A DNA stretch of 64,000 bases, from IMG/VR virus record IMGVR_UViG_3300037524_002067, positions 1 to 64,000 of that record, one strand, 5' to 3'. The stretch's first letter is position 1; every line of letters begins with the position of its first letter. Source of the stretch: a virus. Both the position numbers and the translations under genes were made by a program. The notes beneath the pieces were generated by a model. That model ran no database searches. It was not told the DNA's origin and saw only the letters and a program-made list of their open reading frames with translations. Shown one piece after another: positions 10,643-21,405 of the stretch.

Positions 10643-10918
10643 CTACCTATATTTTTTTACAAGCTCAATATTTGGAAGAACAAAAAGTCCTTTTGTGCCA
10701 CCATCTTCACTCCACACTGTACATTTTTCAACTGGAGACAACTTATCATACCAAGCCTTAAATTTGCACATTTCATCAATAAACATATCTTCCAACGTTG
10801 TAGTAAGACTTGGGTGATCAACAGCGTCACCACTTACATTTTCTCTTGGTATTTCTTTTACCTTATCAAAAATTTGATGCCATAGTGGGCTTCTTTTTAA
10901 GTTGCGAGTTTTTTCCAT
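10643..10918 (-). CDS. Hypothetical protein whose C-terminus was altered by the transposon
   Basis: Stop codon lies in the TIR; the reconstructed pre-insertion end is KKYINQKK*. Confidence 0.6.
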   Translation of the reverse strand: MEKTRNLKRSPLWHQIFDKVKEIPRENVSGDAVDHPSLTTTLEDMFIDEMCKFKAWYDKLSPVEKCTVWSEDGGTKGLFVLPNIELVKKYR

Positions 10919-11441
10919 AATTAAGCTTTAACTTCAAATCTTGATGGGTGGCACCAGTGAATTGTATCACCATTTGGAAGCTCTTCTCTACAATTGTAGC
11001 ATGTAATCCAATTGTGTTGAGATTTTAACCCAACATCAATGTGTTTTTGACCACATTTACACTCATACACTTCCTGAGCTGGATATTCTTTGTTCATTGT
11101 CAAATCTGGAGCTATTGTGTTTCCAGGTAAAAGTTGAACGTTTACACAAATGATTGTGTTGTCTTTTTCAATAGTTGTTTCTACAATTGCCATTTTATGT
11201 TGATTTTTAAAAAATTAAAAAATTGAGTCCCAAAATTTTGAACTGATAGCAGTCAAATGTTTTATTTTCGATTTTCCAATGCTCGGTATCTATGTTGTTA
11301 TCCAACAATTCTTTGAATATAGTTGATCTGGCTTCTTTTGAGCACCAAACGCTACAAATAAAGCCATCTGGTAATTCTTGTCCTTTTTTAAGCTTAATAC
11401 CAAGCTCAATAAGATCGTGTAAGTTGTTTATTTTTTCCATG

Positions 11442-12128
11442 TTATTGTAAGTCTTCAAATTGGCTTAAATCTATGTGTTGTTCATCTTCTCCAGCAACTT
11501 GTCTGTTTTGTATTTCACTATGTCTTTGAGTAGCATAAAACCAGTTTATAGATTTTGGTGGATTTAAAAAGTGATACAAAGCTAATGACATCATTTTTGC
11601 TGCTTCTTCAGCTGGCACCCTACCAGCATTTGTGCCAAGCCCAGGACAAACAACTGTATTTATTTTGCTTTGACCCATTGTGTTTGGCATCAAATACAAA
11701 TTATGTCTTTCTACAGCAATAAGCATAGCTTTCATAGCCATATAAACATAAGATGTTTTATTTATGTCCATTGGTATTCTCATTGTTGGGGTGTGAGCAA
11801 CATATTTATCTTTATGCCCAGGGTCTGCCATTTCATTTGCACGAACAATCATTGACGTGCCGATTGGTTGTTCACCCCAATATTCTTTAATAATTCTTTC
11901 TTGTACACGCTTCATCATTTGAATTCCGAAAAAGTCAGTGATACACTGATCCACACCGCCATCCATGAGCCCAAAAGAGTTGGCTGCGCTCACCACACAA
12001 TCTGATCGGTCCATAACCATTTCGAATGGCACATTTACAACTTCCACTTGAGGAAATTGTGCAAAGTGTTTTTTAAATGCCTCGAAAAGATCTGGTGTAA
12101 TTGCTGAGAGTATTAGTTTAAATGTCAT
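11442..12128 (-). CDS. Macro domain (ADP-ribose processing) protein
   Basis: VSAANSFGLMDGGVD, HTPTMR and PGLGTNAG motifs. Confidence 0.9.
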   Translation of the reverse strand: MTFKLILSAITPDLFEAFKKHFAQFPQVEVVNVPFEMVMDRSDCVVSAANSFGLMDGGVDQCITDFFGIQMMKRVQERIIKEYWGEQPIGTSMIVRANEMADPGHKDKYVAHTPTMRIPMDINKTSYVYMAMKAMLIAVERHNLYLMPNTMGQSKINTVVCPGLGTNAGRVPAEEAAKMMSLALYHFLNPPKSINWFYATQRHSEIQNRQVAGEDEQHIDLSQFEDLQ

Positions 12129-12416
12129 GTATCTTTTAGTTTTAAAACTTCTTCAAGTTGTGTTTTTACTTCTTCTAATTTTTTTCTATAAACAATAAGA
12201 GCGTTTTGAAAATTGTGTATAGCTTCAAGTTCTTTATTTATTTCCTCTGATCTTAGTTTATCTTTTTCAGTAACTGGCGGTTCAACCTCATATCCCATTT
12301 GCGAAATTCGAAGAACTCTACCACCAGCATTGTCGTGATAAGTAATTCCATCACTAACCGCTTTAATTTCTTTTTCAAGTGTCTCTTTAAATCCTTCCAT
12401 AATTTTTATCGTTCAA

Positions 12417-12839
12417 TTAATCTATTTTCATTCGTTTAAAACCCAGAGACTCTTTTTCTTTTCTTGCAATAACAAAAGCGAAGATACTTAAAAACAAACA
12501 AATTGCAAAATAAATGTTGGCCATAATTATCAACCATGGTCTTTCATAAAAATCTCCCAAAACCCAGCAAAAGCTCATCATAACCCAGAAAAATGCAGCT
12601 ACCAAAATAATGTGAACACTTTTCCGACCATCTTCATATGTTATTATAGAAAACAAAGACATCCACACCGCAAGAGCTCCACACAAAGTAGATGCATAAT
12701 TATAATTATTCATCCAAAAAAAATCCATCAAAAACCACATTAACGTAGCGCCAGTTTCAAACCTTTCATATGTTTTAAGCTTATGCATTTTCAATTGTTT
12801 CTTTGTGTGTAATTTTAGGGAATAAAACAACCTTCTCAA
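12417..12839 (-). CDS. Membrane protein
   Basis: About four hydrophobic segments; true start probably the Met at about 12788. Confidence 0.6.
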   Translation of the reverse strand: MRRLFYSLKLHTKKQLKMHKLKTYERFETGATLMWFLMDFFWMNNYNYASTLCGALAVWMSLFSIITYEDGRKSVHIILVAAFFWVMMSFCWVLGDFYERPWLIIMANIYFAICLFLSIFAFVIARKEKESLGFKRMKID

Positions 12840-14259
12840 GACTTCTTAAACTATTTAAAGCCTCATTTGCTTTGTTTGGTATCACTGGAAGATAATAAAA
12901 AGTAATCTCCAACAGAGCCTTGTAAAGCGTTCTAAGCACTAAAGCTCTCCTAAGAGGATCAACAGTTTTAACCCAGGGTTCGTTGGTTACAATGTACTGG
13001 TTAGCCTTTGTGCAAACATCATTTAAAGCACTCATTGCTGTTGTAAGGTCATAAACATCATAAAGAAAGCCCACCGATGTTAATTCACCAGCAAACACCT
13101 TTTCATATTCACTTGGAAGATGTTCATCAACACTAATCTCATACAAGTTTATAAGATGAATAACCCTGGCAATCAAATTTCCATAATTGTCGGCCAGATG
13201 TGAATTGTAAAGATTAACCAAGTGTTTCTCATCCCAAGAAGAATTTCCATAAAGTTGAATACCCGCTATGGTATAATACCTCACTGCATCAACACCAAAT
13301 TTATTAAGTTGATCAATTGGATCTGTTACATTGCCAACGCTCTTTGACTCTTTTTGCCCACTTTTATCTGTTATGGTTCCATGACACAATAAAACTTTGG
13401 TATGTGGCACTCCAGCAGCCAACAATAAACCTTGGAAAATTACAGCTTGAAACCTTAAATTGTCTGGGCCAAAAATCTGAACTGAGTTCTCCCAATACTC
13501 ATCAAAATTTTCTTTATCCAGATAATACCCAGCGATAAAAATGTAGTTACAAAGGGCCTCAAACCAGACGTAAATATTTTGAGAATCATCATTAGGTACT
13601 GGGATACCCCAAGGAACAACATTCTTATCTCTTGAGATTGATATATCCGCACATGACTCGATTAAGTTTTTCAATTCATTATGTTTGCTTAATGGACGAA
13701 GACCAGATCCAGAATCAAACCACTCAAGCAGTTGTGGCTTAAATTTGCTGAGAGCAAAAAAATAATTTTCCTCGTTTACATTTTGCAACTCTCTGTTTGG
13801 GTGATCCTGGCATTTGCCACCAACTAAATCTTTGTCAAATTTAAAAGCTTCACATCCTACACAATATTTTCCCTCATAACTTTTTTTGTAAATCAAACCA
13901 TTTTCTTTGCAATGATTCCAAAACTGCTTAACCTGCTTATGGTGTTTTGGGTGTGATGTTCTATAAAAAGAATTGTATTGAATATTGAACTTTAAACAAA
14001 ATTCTTTCCATTTAACTGCTAGACCATCCAAATACTCCTGTGTTGATATCCCAGCTGCAACAGAAGCATCATGTATTTTTTTACCATGCTCATCAAGACC
14101 AACATTAAAATGAACCTTGTTATCGCCAAGTTTTTCTTTAAAATACCTAGCCAATGTATCACCGACAACAAATTCAAACAGATGCCCTGCGTGAGGACTA
14201 CTGTTGGCGTAAGGCAAAGTACAAGTTATAATTTTTTTTCCTGTCTTACTTAATACCAT
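12781..14259 (-). CDS. metG: Methionyl-tRNA synthetase
   Basis: LPYANSSPHAGH (HIGH), GLDEHG, YCVGCE, ISISR, YVWFEAL and KESKS (KMSKS). Confidence 0.95.
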   Translation of the reverse strand: MVLSKTGKKIITCTLPYANSSPHAGHLFEFVVGDTLARYFKEKLGDNKVHFNVGLDEHGKKIHDASVAAGISTQEYLDGLAVKWKEFCLKFNIQYNSFYRTSHPKHHKQVKQFWNHCKENGLIYKKSYEGKYCVGCEAFKFDKDLVGGKCQDHPNRELQNVNEENYFFALSKFKPQLLEWFDSGSGLRPLSKHNELKNLIESCADISISRDKNVVPWGIPVPNDDSQNIYVWFEALCNYIFIAGYYLDKENFDEYWENSVQIFGPDNLRFQAVIFQGLLLAAGVPHTKVLLCHGTITDKSGQKESKSVGNVTDPIDQLNKFGVDAVRYYTIAGIQLYGNSSWDEKHLVNLYNSHLADNYGNLIARVIHLINLYEISVDEHLPSEYEKVFAGELTSVGFLYDVYDLTTAMSALNDVCTKANQYIVTNEPWVKTVDPLRRALVLRTLYKALLEITFYYLPVIPNKANEALNSLRSLEKVVLFPKITHKETIENA

Positions 14260-15556
14260 AATATTTTTTTAATTTATAATCAAACAAAACAAATCACTCT
14301 TATAATCATCACCATTTTCAATTTGTCTATACATGTTATACAAACCGACGCTGGTAATTGAATGTGTGAGCAATGTGTTTATGTCTTCTTTGGTTAATTT
14401 TATTGTTGCTGTGTATACATATGCCTTCTTCAACACATCTACAGCTTCTAAATATATTTCCGCATCCAGTTTTTCCATTCTTGTATTGTTGCTAAGAAAA
14501 ACCACAACGCCTTTTTTGTTCTGACACATCACGGAATCTTTGTGAAATATTACACACTCGTATGTAGAAGTATCTTTTGATATTTTTTTCAAAAAAAGAA
14601 TTTCTCCAGAGTGATCAGAAACACACACATAAGGTTTTCCATCAGAGTCCAAAAATGTTTTTATTGAACTTTCGCATTCAGTTATCGTCTGACTTCTAAA
14701 CAAAGAAGAAACAAACAAAAAAAACAATATGCAAGCAAATTTTTTCAATTTTTTAAACCCTCTCCTTTTTCGTTAACAATTTCAATTTTAATATTAAGAG
14801 CTTTTGTTATCTCTTTGAAACTTTCTATTAAAATATCTGGATCCTTTTTGTATCTATTTATTGCCAATCTGTAATATTCCTCTAGTTTGTTTTCATCTCC
14901 GTTGATGTATTTCATAGATCCTTTTTCGCACCAACCATCGGGAAAACAAATTGCTTCCCTAATGAAATCATCTATAAATCTATCAAACTTATGCCAAAAT
15001 AAAAACTTCATAATTTCCTCTCGCGTAGACCACTCCGTTAACCATTCATCAGAACTTTTCGACCAAAACCTATAAAGAGTTTCCTTGTTTTTCTTTTCTT
15101 TTATCTTTAAACTCCAACCCATATTTAGCTTAATGCAAATAATTTCATACCAGGAACAAATTTTAAATTACCAACAATTTCACCGATTTCATGACCCCAT
15201 TTATCCACAATAAACAAACGCTCATTTTTTACACGAATCAAATTAAGATAATGCAACCAATTAAGTTCAAATTCAAACGTTGGTTTCCATGGTAAAATTT
15301 CCCCACCAAATTTTTGTTCAATTTGTAATTTTGCGTTAAATACTATTTGCTCCATGACCATTTTATTCATTCCACACAAAACAGCAAAAACTTTATGATA
15401 CCAATAAATGTTGCTCCAATGTTGATGTGTAACTTTACAAAAAGGTATTTGTTCACCTTCGGCTGTTACCCAATTTTTTTCATAATATGTTGTCATTTTC
15501 GCTTTTTACATTTCTTTATACAAAATAAAATAAAAAAGGTTACAAAAACAATAAAA

Positions 15557-15770
15557 TGAGCTTAGCCGAGATTCTATTTTAACCTGCCATTTATCTCACC
15601 TTACGGTGGCCATCTTCTGATGGCTGCTCCAACCCGATCTCATAGACCCGCTCACCGTCTCGATCTGTTTGGATTGCTACCTCCTTGGTGATAACGGCTT
15701 TTTAGACCTCCCAAGTTAAGCGATGTAGTCTCGAACTTCTTCTAACATTGCTGCCAGCGACAAGTTCTCT
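15557..15770 (-). ncRNA. rnpB: Miniature RNase P RNA
   Basis: Conserved regions GAAGAAGTTCGAGAC, AGCAA, AGATAAATG and AATAGAATCTCGGCTA; P4 pairing; long flanking inverted repeat 15536-15794. Confidence 0.8.
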
Positions 15771-15830
15771 GTTTTGTTGTTTTTTGTAACCTTTTTAACT
15801 TATACGTTAAAAAAAAGAAAAGGTTTCTGA

Positions 15831-17735
15831 TTATGAAGTCCCTTTTATAAAGCTATGATAAATGCTTATAGCACCTTTAAGAGTTGGTCTGGATTGAAAT
15901 GCACGATGTGTGTTTGTCACATAGGTGATTTTGCCGTTTTTATCTTTGCTTTTCCACACCGCTGGTGTCGCCTCACCATTTGGACCATGATGCCAAACCG
16001 CATCAGCATCCATCACCTGTTTTCTCTCTTCATCGGTCAATGGCACTTTATTGTCTTTAAGTTTTTTAAACTTGGATTTTTTTGCTTCTTGAATATTGTC
16101 TTTTAAAAAACTTTGTCCTTTATAACCAACAATAACACCATATTCATCAATCATAAGACCCAGTTTTTTGGCGAGTTCATCTGCTTTATAATCATTTGGT
16201 AATTTACCAAACAAAGCCTCTCCTTCGCCAGGTGAATCTAATCTTTGGACTTGCCAATAATATCCGTTTAATTTTTTATCACCATATATTCTTTCGCTAT
16301 GGTATTTTTCGTTTGGAGCCTCGGAATCTGAATCAAATATAGCCCAACCTTGTTTTGACATATAATCACCATATTCTCTCTGGAACCAATCCACAAACTT
16401 CTTTATTTTATCATATGGATAAAATTGTTTAAACTCAAAATCAACTAAAGACCCTTCTGAATCAACACTTGCCACCTCTAAAAGTTTAGCTCTTACATAT
16501 CTTCTAAATTCTTTTAAATCTAATTTTGTCTGATTTGGATCTTGGTATGGCCATGGAGATTTTTCGCCTTGATGTCTTGCTAATATTTTATCCTGTGGGC
16601 TAAGTGGTTCTTCGCCAAATAAAAACAAATTATGTACGTTATCTAAACCAACCAACTTAGTTAATACACCAATTGCGTTGTAAGATTCTTCGTTAGCCAT
16701 ATTAAATAATTTGTTATCATTTGGGTCTCCTTCATTTCTATCAAAATCATAATCGAAGTCTATTGGCTTTATAAGAACATGCATAAAATCTGGCGAATCT
16801 GTTTGTTCAGAAAAATCTATAATTACATATACATATCCATTAGTAGAATGATTATTCCAATTTCTCCAAGCCCCATCAAACCCTGATCCATAAGTAAAAC
16901 ACCAAAGACTAGTACATCCTATATTTTTTATACCATCTGGACCAGTAACTTCCACAACCATCACATCACCTTTACTATATATTATTTCAAGTTCATCATT
17001 CTCGCTAACAACTTTTTTAATTTGATTTTTTGTAACTTTTGCTCCACCTAATAAATTTTCTTTTTCTTCAACAAAATTCATTAAATCTTCTAGTGAAACA
17101 TTTTTAGAACTAAACATTTTATCTGTAATAGACTGCTTCATTTTTTCGCTTCTATTACTTAAAAGTTGAAGGTGTGATAATACATATTCTAAATTGCTTT
17201 TATATTCTCTCAATTCGCCGCTATCTCTTTCAGTTCTGATATCACCCCTCATGTTTCTAGTAGCCACAGAAGGTAATTGTTTTATAAGCTCTAAAATAGT
17301 AGCTCTTTCTTTTAGCGCTCTAATAAAATCCCAAATATCACTTACTCCATTGATGTTAAAATTTTTAATTGGGAATACATTTTTATTATATTCTTTAAGT
17401 TGATTATGATAAAGCCTTATTGTTTTCCAATCATCCACTGATAACACATCGTTGTCAGTGTGAAGATGATCTTTTGTGTCTCTGGGGTCTATTTCCTCTT
17501 CATCATCTACACCAATTTGAGATAATGCCCAACGACCAGTTTTAATACTGCTTTGCAGCATAGCGTAATATATGTCAGTTATAATCTTTGTATAAGCATC
17601 TCCACCAGTTATGTGTGTAATGTACCTCTTTACTTCTGGAGATAGTTTACCAGGTTTAAAGTACACTTTTTCAGCTTGTTGAAGATTTTCAGCAAGAACT
17701 AAGGCTTCTTGTATTATTTTTCTAATTGATAACAT
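15831..17735 (-). CDS. Large acidic phage protein, possibly virion-internal
   Basis: R-x-x-I/V-x-x-x-L-x-E helix motif twice; TATTTAT motif upstream. Confidence 0.55.
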   Translation of the reverse strand: MLSIRKIIQEALVLAENLQQAEKVYFKPGKLSPEVKRYITHITGGDAYTKIITDIYYAMLQSSIKTGRWALSQIGVDDEEEIDPRDTKDHLHTDNDVLSVDDWKTIRLYHNQLKEYNKNVFPIKNFNINGVSDIWDFIRALKERATILELIKQLPSVATRNMRGDIRTERDSGELREYKSNLEYVLSHLQLLSNRSEKMKQSITDKMFSSKNVSLEDLMNFVEEKENLLGGAKVTKNQIKKVVSENDELEIIYSKGDVMVVEVTGPDGIKNIGCTSLWCFTYGSGFDGAWRNWNNHSTNGYVYVIIDFSEQTDSPDFMHVLIKPIDFDYDFDRNEGDPNDNKLFNMANEESYNAIGVLTKLVGLDNVHNLFLFGEEPLSPQDKILARHQGEKSPWPYQDPNQTKLDLKEFRRYVRAKLLEVASVDSEGSLVDFEFKQFYPYDKIKKFVDWFQREYGDYMSKQGWAIFDSDSEAPNEKYHSERIYGDKKLNGYYWQVQRLDSPGEGEALFGKLPNDYKADELAKKLGLMIDEYGVIVGYKGQSFLKDNIQEAKKSKFKKLKDNKVPLTDEERKQVMDADAVWHHGPNGEATPAVWKSKDKNGKITYVTNTHRAFQSRPTLKGAISIYHSFIKGTS

Positions 17736-17782
17736 CCTATATAAATATCATGTTTTTTAGGATATTTATAACAAAAATAATC

Positions 17783-18643
17783 ATGGGTAAAAAAATGACT
17801 ATATCAGAATTTAAGCAATTTGTAGTTGATGAAACTAAAAGGTTATATAAAATTAATTTGTTCAGAGAAGAAAGAAAAAGTTTAAGAGAAAACTTGGAGA
17901 CAGAAACCTCAATAGAACAAGAGGTCTATGATGAAATTGAGATGAGAATGCGACCAACTGATTCCAGATTACCATACGATGAAATTGTGGATATCGCCAA
18001 TGAATATGGAATGGATGAAGAAAATGTCGCCCAAATCATGTTTCAATATGTAGCCAAAAGAGAACAAGAAAAAGAGGAAGAACTTAAACAAACAATACAC
18101 TACATTATTAATCAAGATTTTGGTGGAGAAGCCCCAGATTTTAAAACATTTTATTCAATTTTTGTCAATTATGACGAATCTGCAAATTATGAAACAAATC
18201 AAGTACAACAAATGTATGACAAACTCACTAAAGACCCTAGTCAACTCTCTCTTTTTGAAAGGGTTTTTAAAAACGCTCTTTTGGAAATAAACACTAATTC
18301 TAACAACATATATTACAACAAATATCACACGCTCACAGTCAGAGAACCCATAATTACAGATGTAGTTAGTATTCTATCTAAAAACCCAAACGCTGTAAAA
18401 TTTACAAACAAGGCTGAATTTGATGCTTTTTCTGAAAAACAAAGATATTTTTCAGCCTCTCATTCACATTGTTTCTACACAAAAGAAGAATATGACAATT
18501 GGAGCAAATCTGGAAATAAACACAAAGATCCAGACTCAGAAGCATCTGTCATGGTGTTCGAAACTGGTAGAGAGCCAGTACAAATTTGGGATAACAAAAA
18601 CAGTATAGGCTATGTTGTACCAAGCGACAAAACATTAAAATAA
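17783..18643 (+). CDS. Hypothetical phage protein
   Basis: Acidic ORF; likely start MGKK after a TATTTAT motif. Confidence 0.55.
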   Translation: MGKKMTISEFKQFVVDETKRLYKINLFREERKSLRENLETETSIEQEVYDEIEMRMRPTDSRLPYDEIVDIANEYGMDEENVAQIMFQYVAKREQEKEEELKQTIHYIINQDFGGEAPDFKTFYSIFVNYDESANYETNQVQQMYDKLTKDPSQLSLFERVFKNALLEINTNSNNIYYNKYHTLTVREPIITDVVSILSKNPNAVKFTNKAEFDAFSEKQRYFSASHSHCFYTKEEYDNWSKSGNKHKDPDSEASVMVFETGREPVQIWDNKNSIGYVVPSDKTLK

Positions 18644-18711
18644 TTTTTGAAAGGGTGGTGTTTTTTAAAAAAGATCAATATTTATTATAAACAAACAAAA
18701 AACTAACAACT

Positions 18712-19062
18712 ATGGTACTTTTACTTAATTTAACAGCTCAACCACTAAAAGTTCAATATAATGTGGGCTCTAAAGTGTTTAATAAATCATTAAACCCAAA
18801 TGTTATAGTGGCAATGAAAAGCCTTACCACTGCAGAACAAATTATAAATCGTGGAGCCCTTGCAAATGAAGGTGTTACTATATACAACTTCGCTTCAAAC
18901 ACTTATTTTTCAAGAGGAGCTCAAGGAGGTTTTACATTTGGTACTGCAGCAGCACCATTTGGTTTTCAGTTTGTACCTAACAACACTAAAAAAGACGGCG
19001 TTACAAATATAACTTCAGCCACAATGAGTGGCGGAACAGCAATTCTTCAAGGATTTGTATAA
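18712..19062 (+). CDS. Hypothetical protein, paralog A
   Basis: Clearly similar to 19148-19501 (LNxxxxPLxVQY, NEGVTIY, FTFGTAA). Confidence 0.7.
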   Translation: MVLLLNLTAQPLKVQYNVGSKVFNKSLNPNVIVAMKSLTTAEQIINRGALANEGVTIYNFASNTYFSRGAQGGFTFGTAAAPFGFQFVPNNTKKDGVTNITSATMSGGTAILQGFV

Positions 19063-19081
19063 TTCAAACCCAAATAAACTC

Positions 19082-19111
19082 AAAAACCAGGACTAAAATC
19101 CTGGTTTTTTT
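19082..19111 (+). terminator. Intrinsic terminator
   Basis: AAAACCAGGA-CTAAAA-TCCTGGTTTTTT. Confidence 0.75.
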
Positions 19112-19147
19112 ATTTATCAAAGTATTTATTATAAACAAAAAAACAAT

Positions 19148-19501
19148 ATGGTAATCTTATTAAATCCAAAATCAACACCTTTAAGAGTACAATACTCTAT
19201 TGGTAACAAAGTTTATAACAAAGAAGTTAGACCTTATTTAATTACTGGAATGGAAGGTCTTGCTGTATCTGGTCAAATAATAAACAAAGCAGCTTTGGTT
19301 AATGAAGGAGTTACCATCTATGATTACGAACTAAACTCCTATTACAACAACGGAACCCTTGGACAATTTACTTTTGGAACAGCAGCTCCAGTTTATGCCT
19401 TCCAATATATTGGACACAATATGAAAAGAGAAGATTATACCACATATAACTCACCCACAATGAGCGCTGGCACCATTACATTGCAATCTTTAGTCGCTTA
19501 A
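19148..19501 (+). CDS. Hypothetical protein, paralog B
   Basis: Tandem paralog of 18712-19062. Confidence 0.7.
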   Translation: MVILLNPKSTPLRVQYSIGNKVYNKEVRPYLITGMEGLAVSGQIINKAALVNEGVTIYDYELNSYYNNGTLGQFTFGTAAPVYAFQYIGHNMKREDYTTYNSPTMSAGTITLQSLVA

Positions 19502-20110
19502 AACAGTCTTAATCTCAATTTTACTTTCTCGTATTTTTCCTGAGTTTTTTTATATTCAGCTGCAAATACTGCAGCTTTAAAGTTTTTTGAATCTAAGCGC
19601 TTTTTTAAAAACGCCATATATTCTTCCTCCTGTTTCCTGGTTGGTTTTTTATTTGCCATTAGTATTCTTTTTGAATAATTCCTGTATTCTTTCGATATAC
19701 ACACTAACATCTTCTTGGTTTAAATACTCAATATCTATTGTAAGATCTATTGCAAGCGCTCTCCTTCTTCTTTTAATGTAAGTTTTATCTACTTCTTGTT
19801 TTTTAAGCCACTCTTTTATAAATAAAACTTCTGTCATTGCTTACTTTTTATGAATTCTTTATATTTATTTTCGGCTTCTACAACACTTTGAGTATTGTCA
19901 AATTCTTTCATTAGAACAACCTTCTCTTCTTTTGTTAAATCAAACCCAGAAAGTATTTTGGTAACACATATAAGCTTTGAATTAAACAACTTAATTTGTT
20001 CCAATTCAACAATAAGTTCTTGATATTTCTGATCGCACCTATCATGTCGAGTTGTTTTTTGTAAATATAATAAAAAAAGAGCAATAATCAAATTGCTCTT
20101 TCTTAATTGG

Positions 20111-20181
20111 AGGCCCCGATTCGAATTTAACGAATCTAACAAGTTTTGCAGACCTGTGGTTAGTCTCTCACCCACGGGGCC
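20111..20181 (-). tRNA. Divergent tRNA-Cys(GCA) overlapping ORF ends
   Basis: Acceptor GGCCCCG/CGGGGCC-T, loop CTGCAAA, aberrant T loop. Confidence 0.6.
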
Positions 20182-20391
20182 ATATTATGTTTTTTTGCAA
20201 CGCGCTGATAAAACCGTGAAATTCTTGAAAAACCTTATTGATATTTTCTAAACCTGAACCTGAAACTGAAACCGATAATTCACCAAGAGCCTTTTGAGCT
20301 TCTATACACCCTTGTTTACTCAAATCTTTCAATTTTTTTAAGGACACTTTTCCATTTTTTATATCCAACCATTCTTTAACGTATAATACTA

Positions 20392-21147
20392 TCATTTAAT
20401 GTTATATTTTTTATTCCAAATTTCAATTTTTTGTTTTAATTCCTCTAGCGAAATAATTGATTTAGTTTTTTTCTTTTGATTATCAGTGTGAATTACTAAC
20501 CTACAATTAGCTGGGTGCTTAATTATATCAGGACTAACCTTGTTTTTAAAACCGTCATTTACACTATACATATGATCCCTACTTGCGCCACCCAAGTTAT
20601 TGTTTTTATTTGACGGGCTGTAAAATCCAAATTTGTTTATTAATGTTATATCAAACTCTTTAGGGTAATCATTAAAGCTAAAAACAAATTCACAAACTGG
20701 TCTATAATAATCATAATACTGTAATTTACATTCATCACATATAGTCTTTTTGCCAATCACTCTTTGATTTGAGCACTTGCTGCAAAATCTAATTTTTTCT
20801 TTTTTAAGTTTAATTTTTTTTACTTTTTTAGATGCAATTTCACGCAAAGAATCGCTAATTTTTTTTCTTGTTTCATCGCTGAGTATCCTCCCTCGATTAT
20901 TAAATGTTACAAAACAACTTCTAGAACAAAAAATTTTTTCAGAATAATTTTGAACTTTGAAGATCGTTTTACATTCTTTGCATTGCACTTCTTTATAATA
21001 TTCTTTTTCATCCTTAATACCTATTCTAAAGCATCTGTTGATTATGCTCCTATAAGATACATCAAAAATTTTAGCTATATCTTTACGTGCTTTTCCCTGT
21101 TTAGACAACTCTTTTAAAAGCTCATCTTTTTCTTTGCTCCATTTCAT
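20392..21147 (-). CDS. HTH/Zn-finger/HNH-like endonuclease
   Basis: N-terminal HTH, CKEC...FCSRSC, and SRDH...HPANC...N. Confidence 0.7.
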   Translation of the reverse strand: MKWSKEKDELLKELSKQGKARKDIAKIFDVSYRSIINRCFRIGIKDEKEYYKEVQCKECKTIFKVQNYSEKIFCSRSCFVTFNNRGRILSDETRKKISDSLREIASKKVKKIKLKKEKIRFCSKCSNQRVIGKKTICDECKLQYYDYYRPVCEFVFSFNDYPKEFDITLINKFGFYSPSNKNNNLGGASRDHMYSVNDGFKNKVSPDIIKHPANCRLVIHTDNQKKKTKSIISLEELKQKIEIWNKKYNIK

Positions 21148-21209
21148 AACTATAAATAGTATGAAAAAAAGACGATAATAACAAACGAGCTAATTGTGTG
21201 TTAGTTTTG

Positions 21210-21296
21210 AGAACATAGTCAGATTCGAACTGACGAACAAATTACTTTGTATAACGGTTTTGCAGACCGCTGACTTAACCACTCATCCATATGTTC
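21210..21296 (-). tRNA. tRNA-Cys(GCA) with long variable arm
   Basis: GCGGT-CTGCAAA-ACCGT; variable stem ACAAA-GTAA-TTTGT. Confidence 0.85.
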
Positions 21297-21300
21297 GTTG

Positions 21301-21373
21301 AGACACCTGAGAGATTCGAACTCCCGTAGCATGGGTTGCGACCATGAACCTGTAACCACTCGGCCAAGGTGTC
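21301..21373 (-). tRNA. tRNA-Cys(GCA)
   Basis: CATGG-TCGCAAC-CCATG (C33 variant); U73. Confidence 0.8.
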
Positions 21374-21405
21374 ATATTCAGGTGCCACTTCTGACACCTG
21401 AGATT

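Larger units (their letters stand above)
4702..10647 (-). mobile_element. IS1595-family transposon with passenger genes
   Basis: Imperfect TIRs GGTAATTATATACTTATTT / GGTAGCTATATATCTATTT; 8-bp target duplication TATATTTT at 4694-4701 and 10648-10655; IS1595 transposase inside. Confidence 0.9.
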
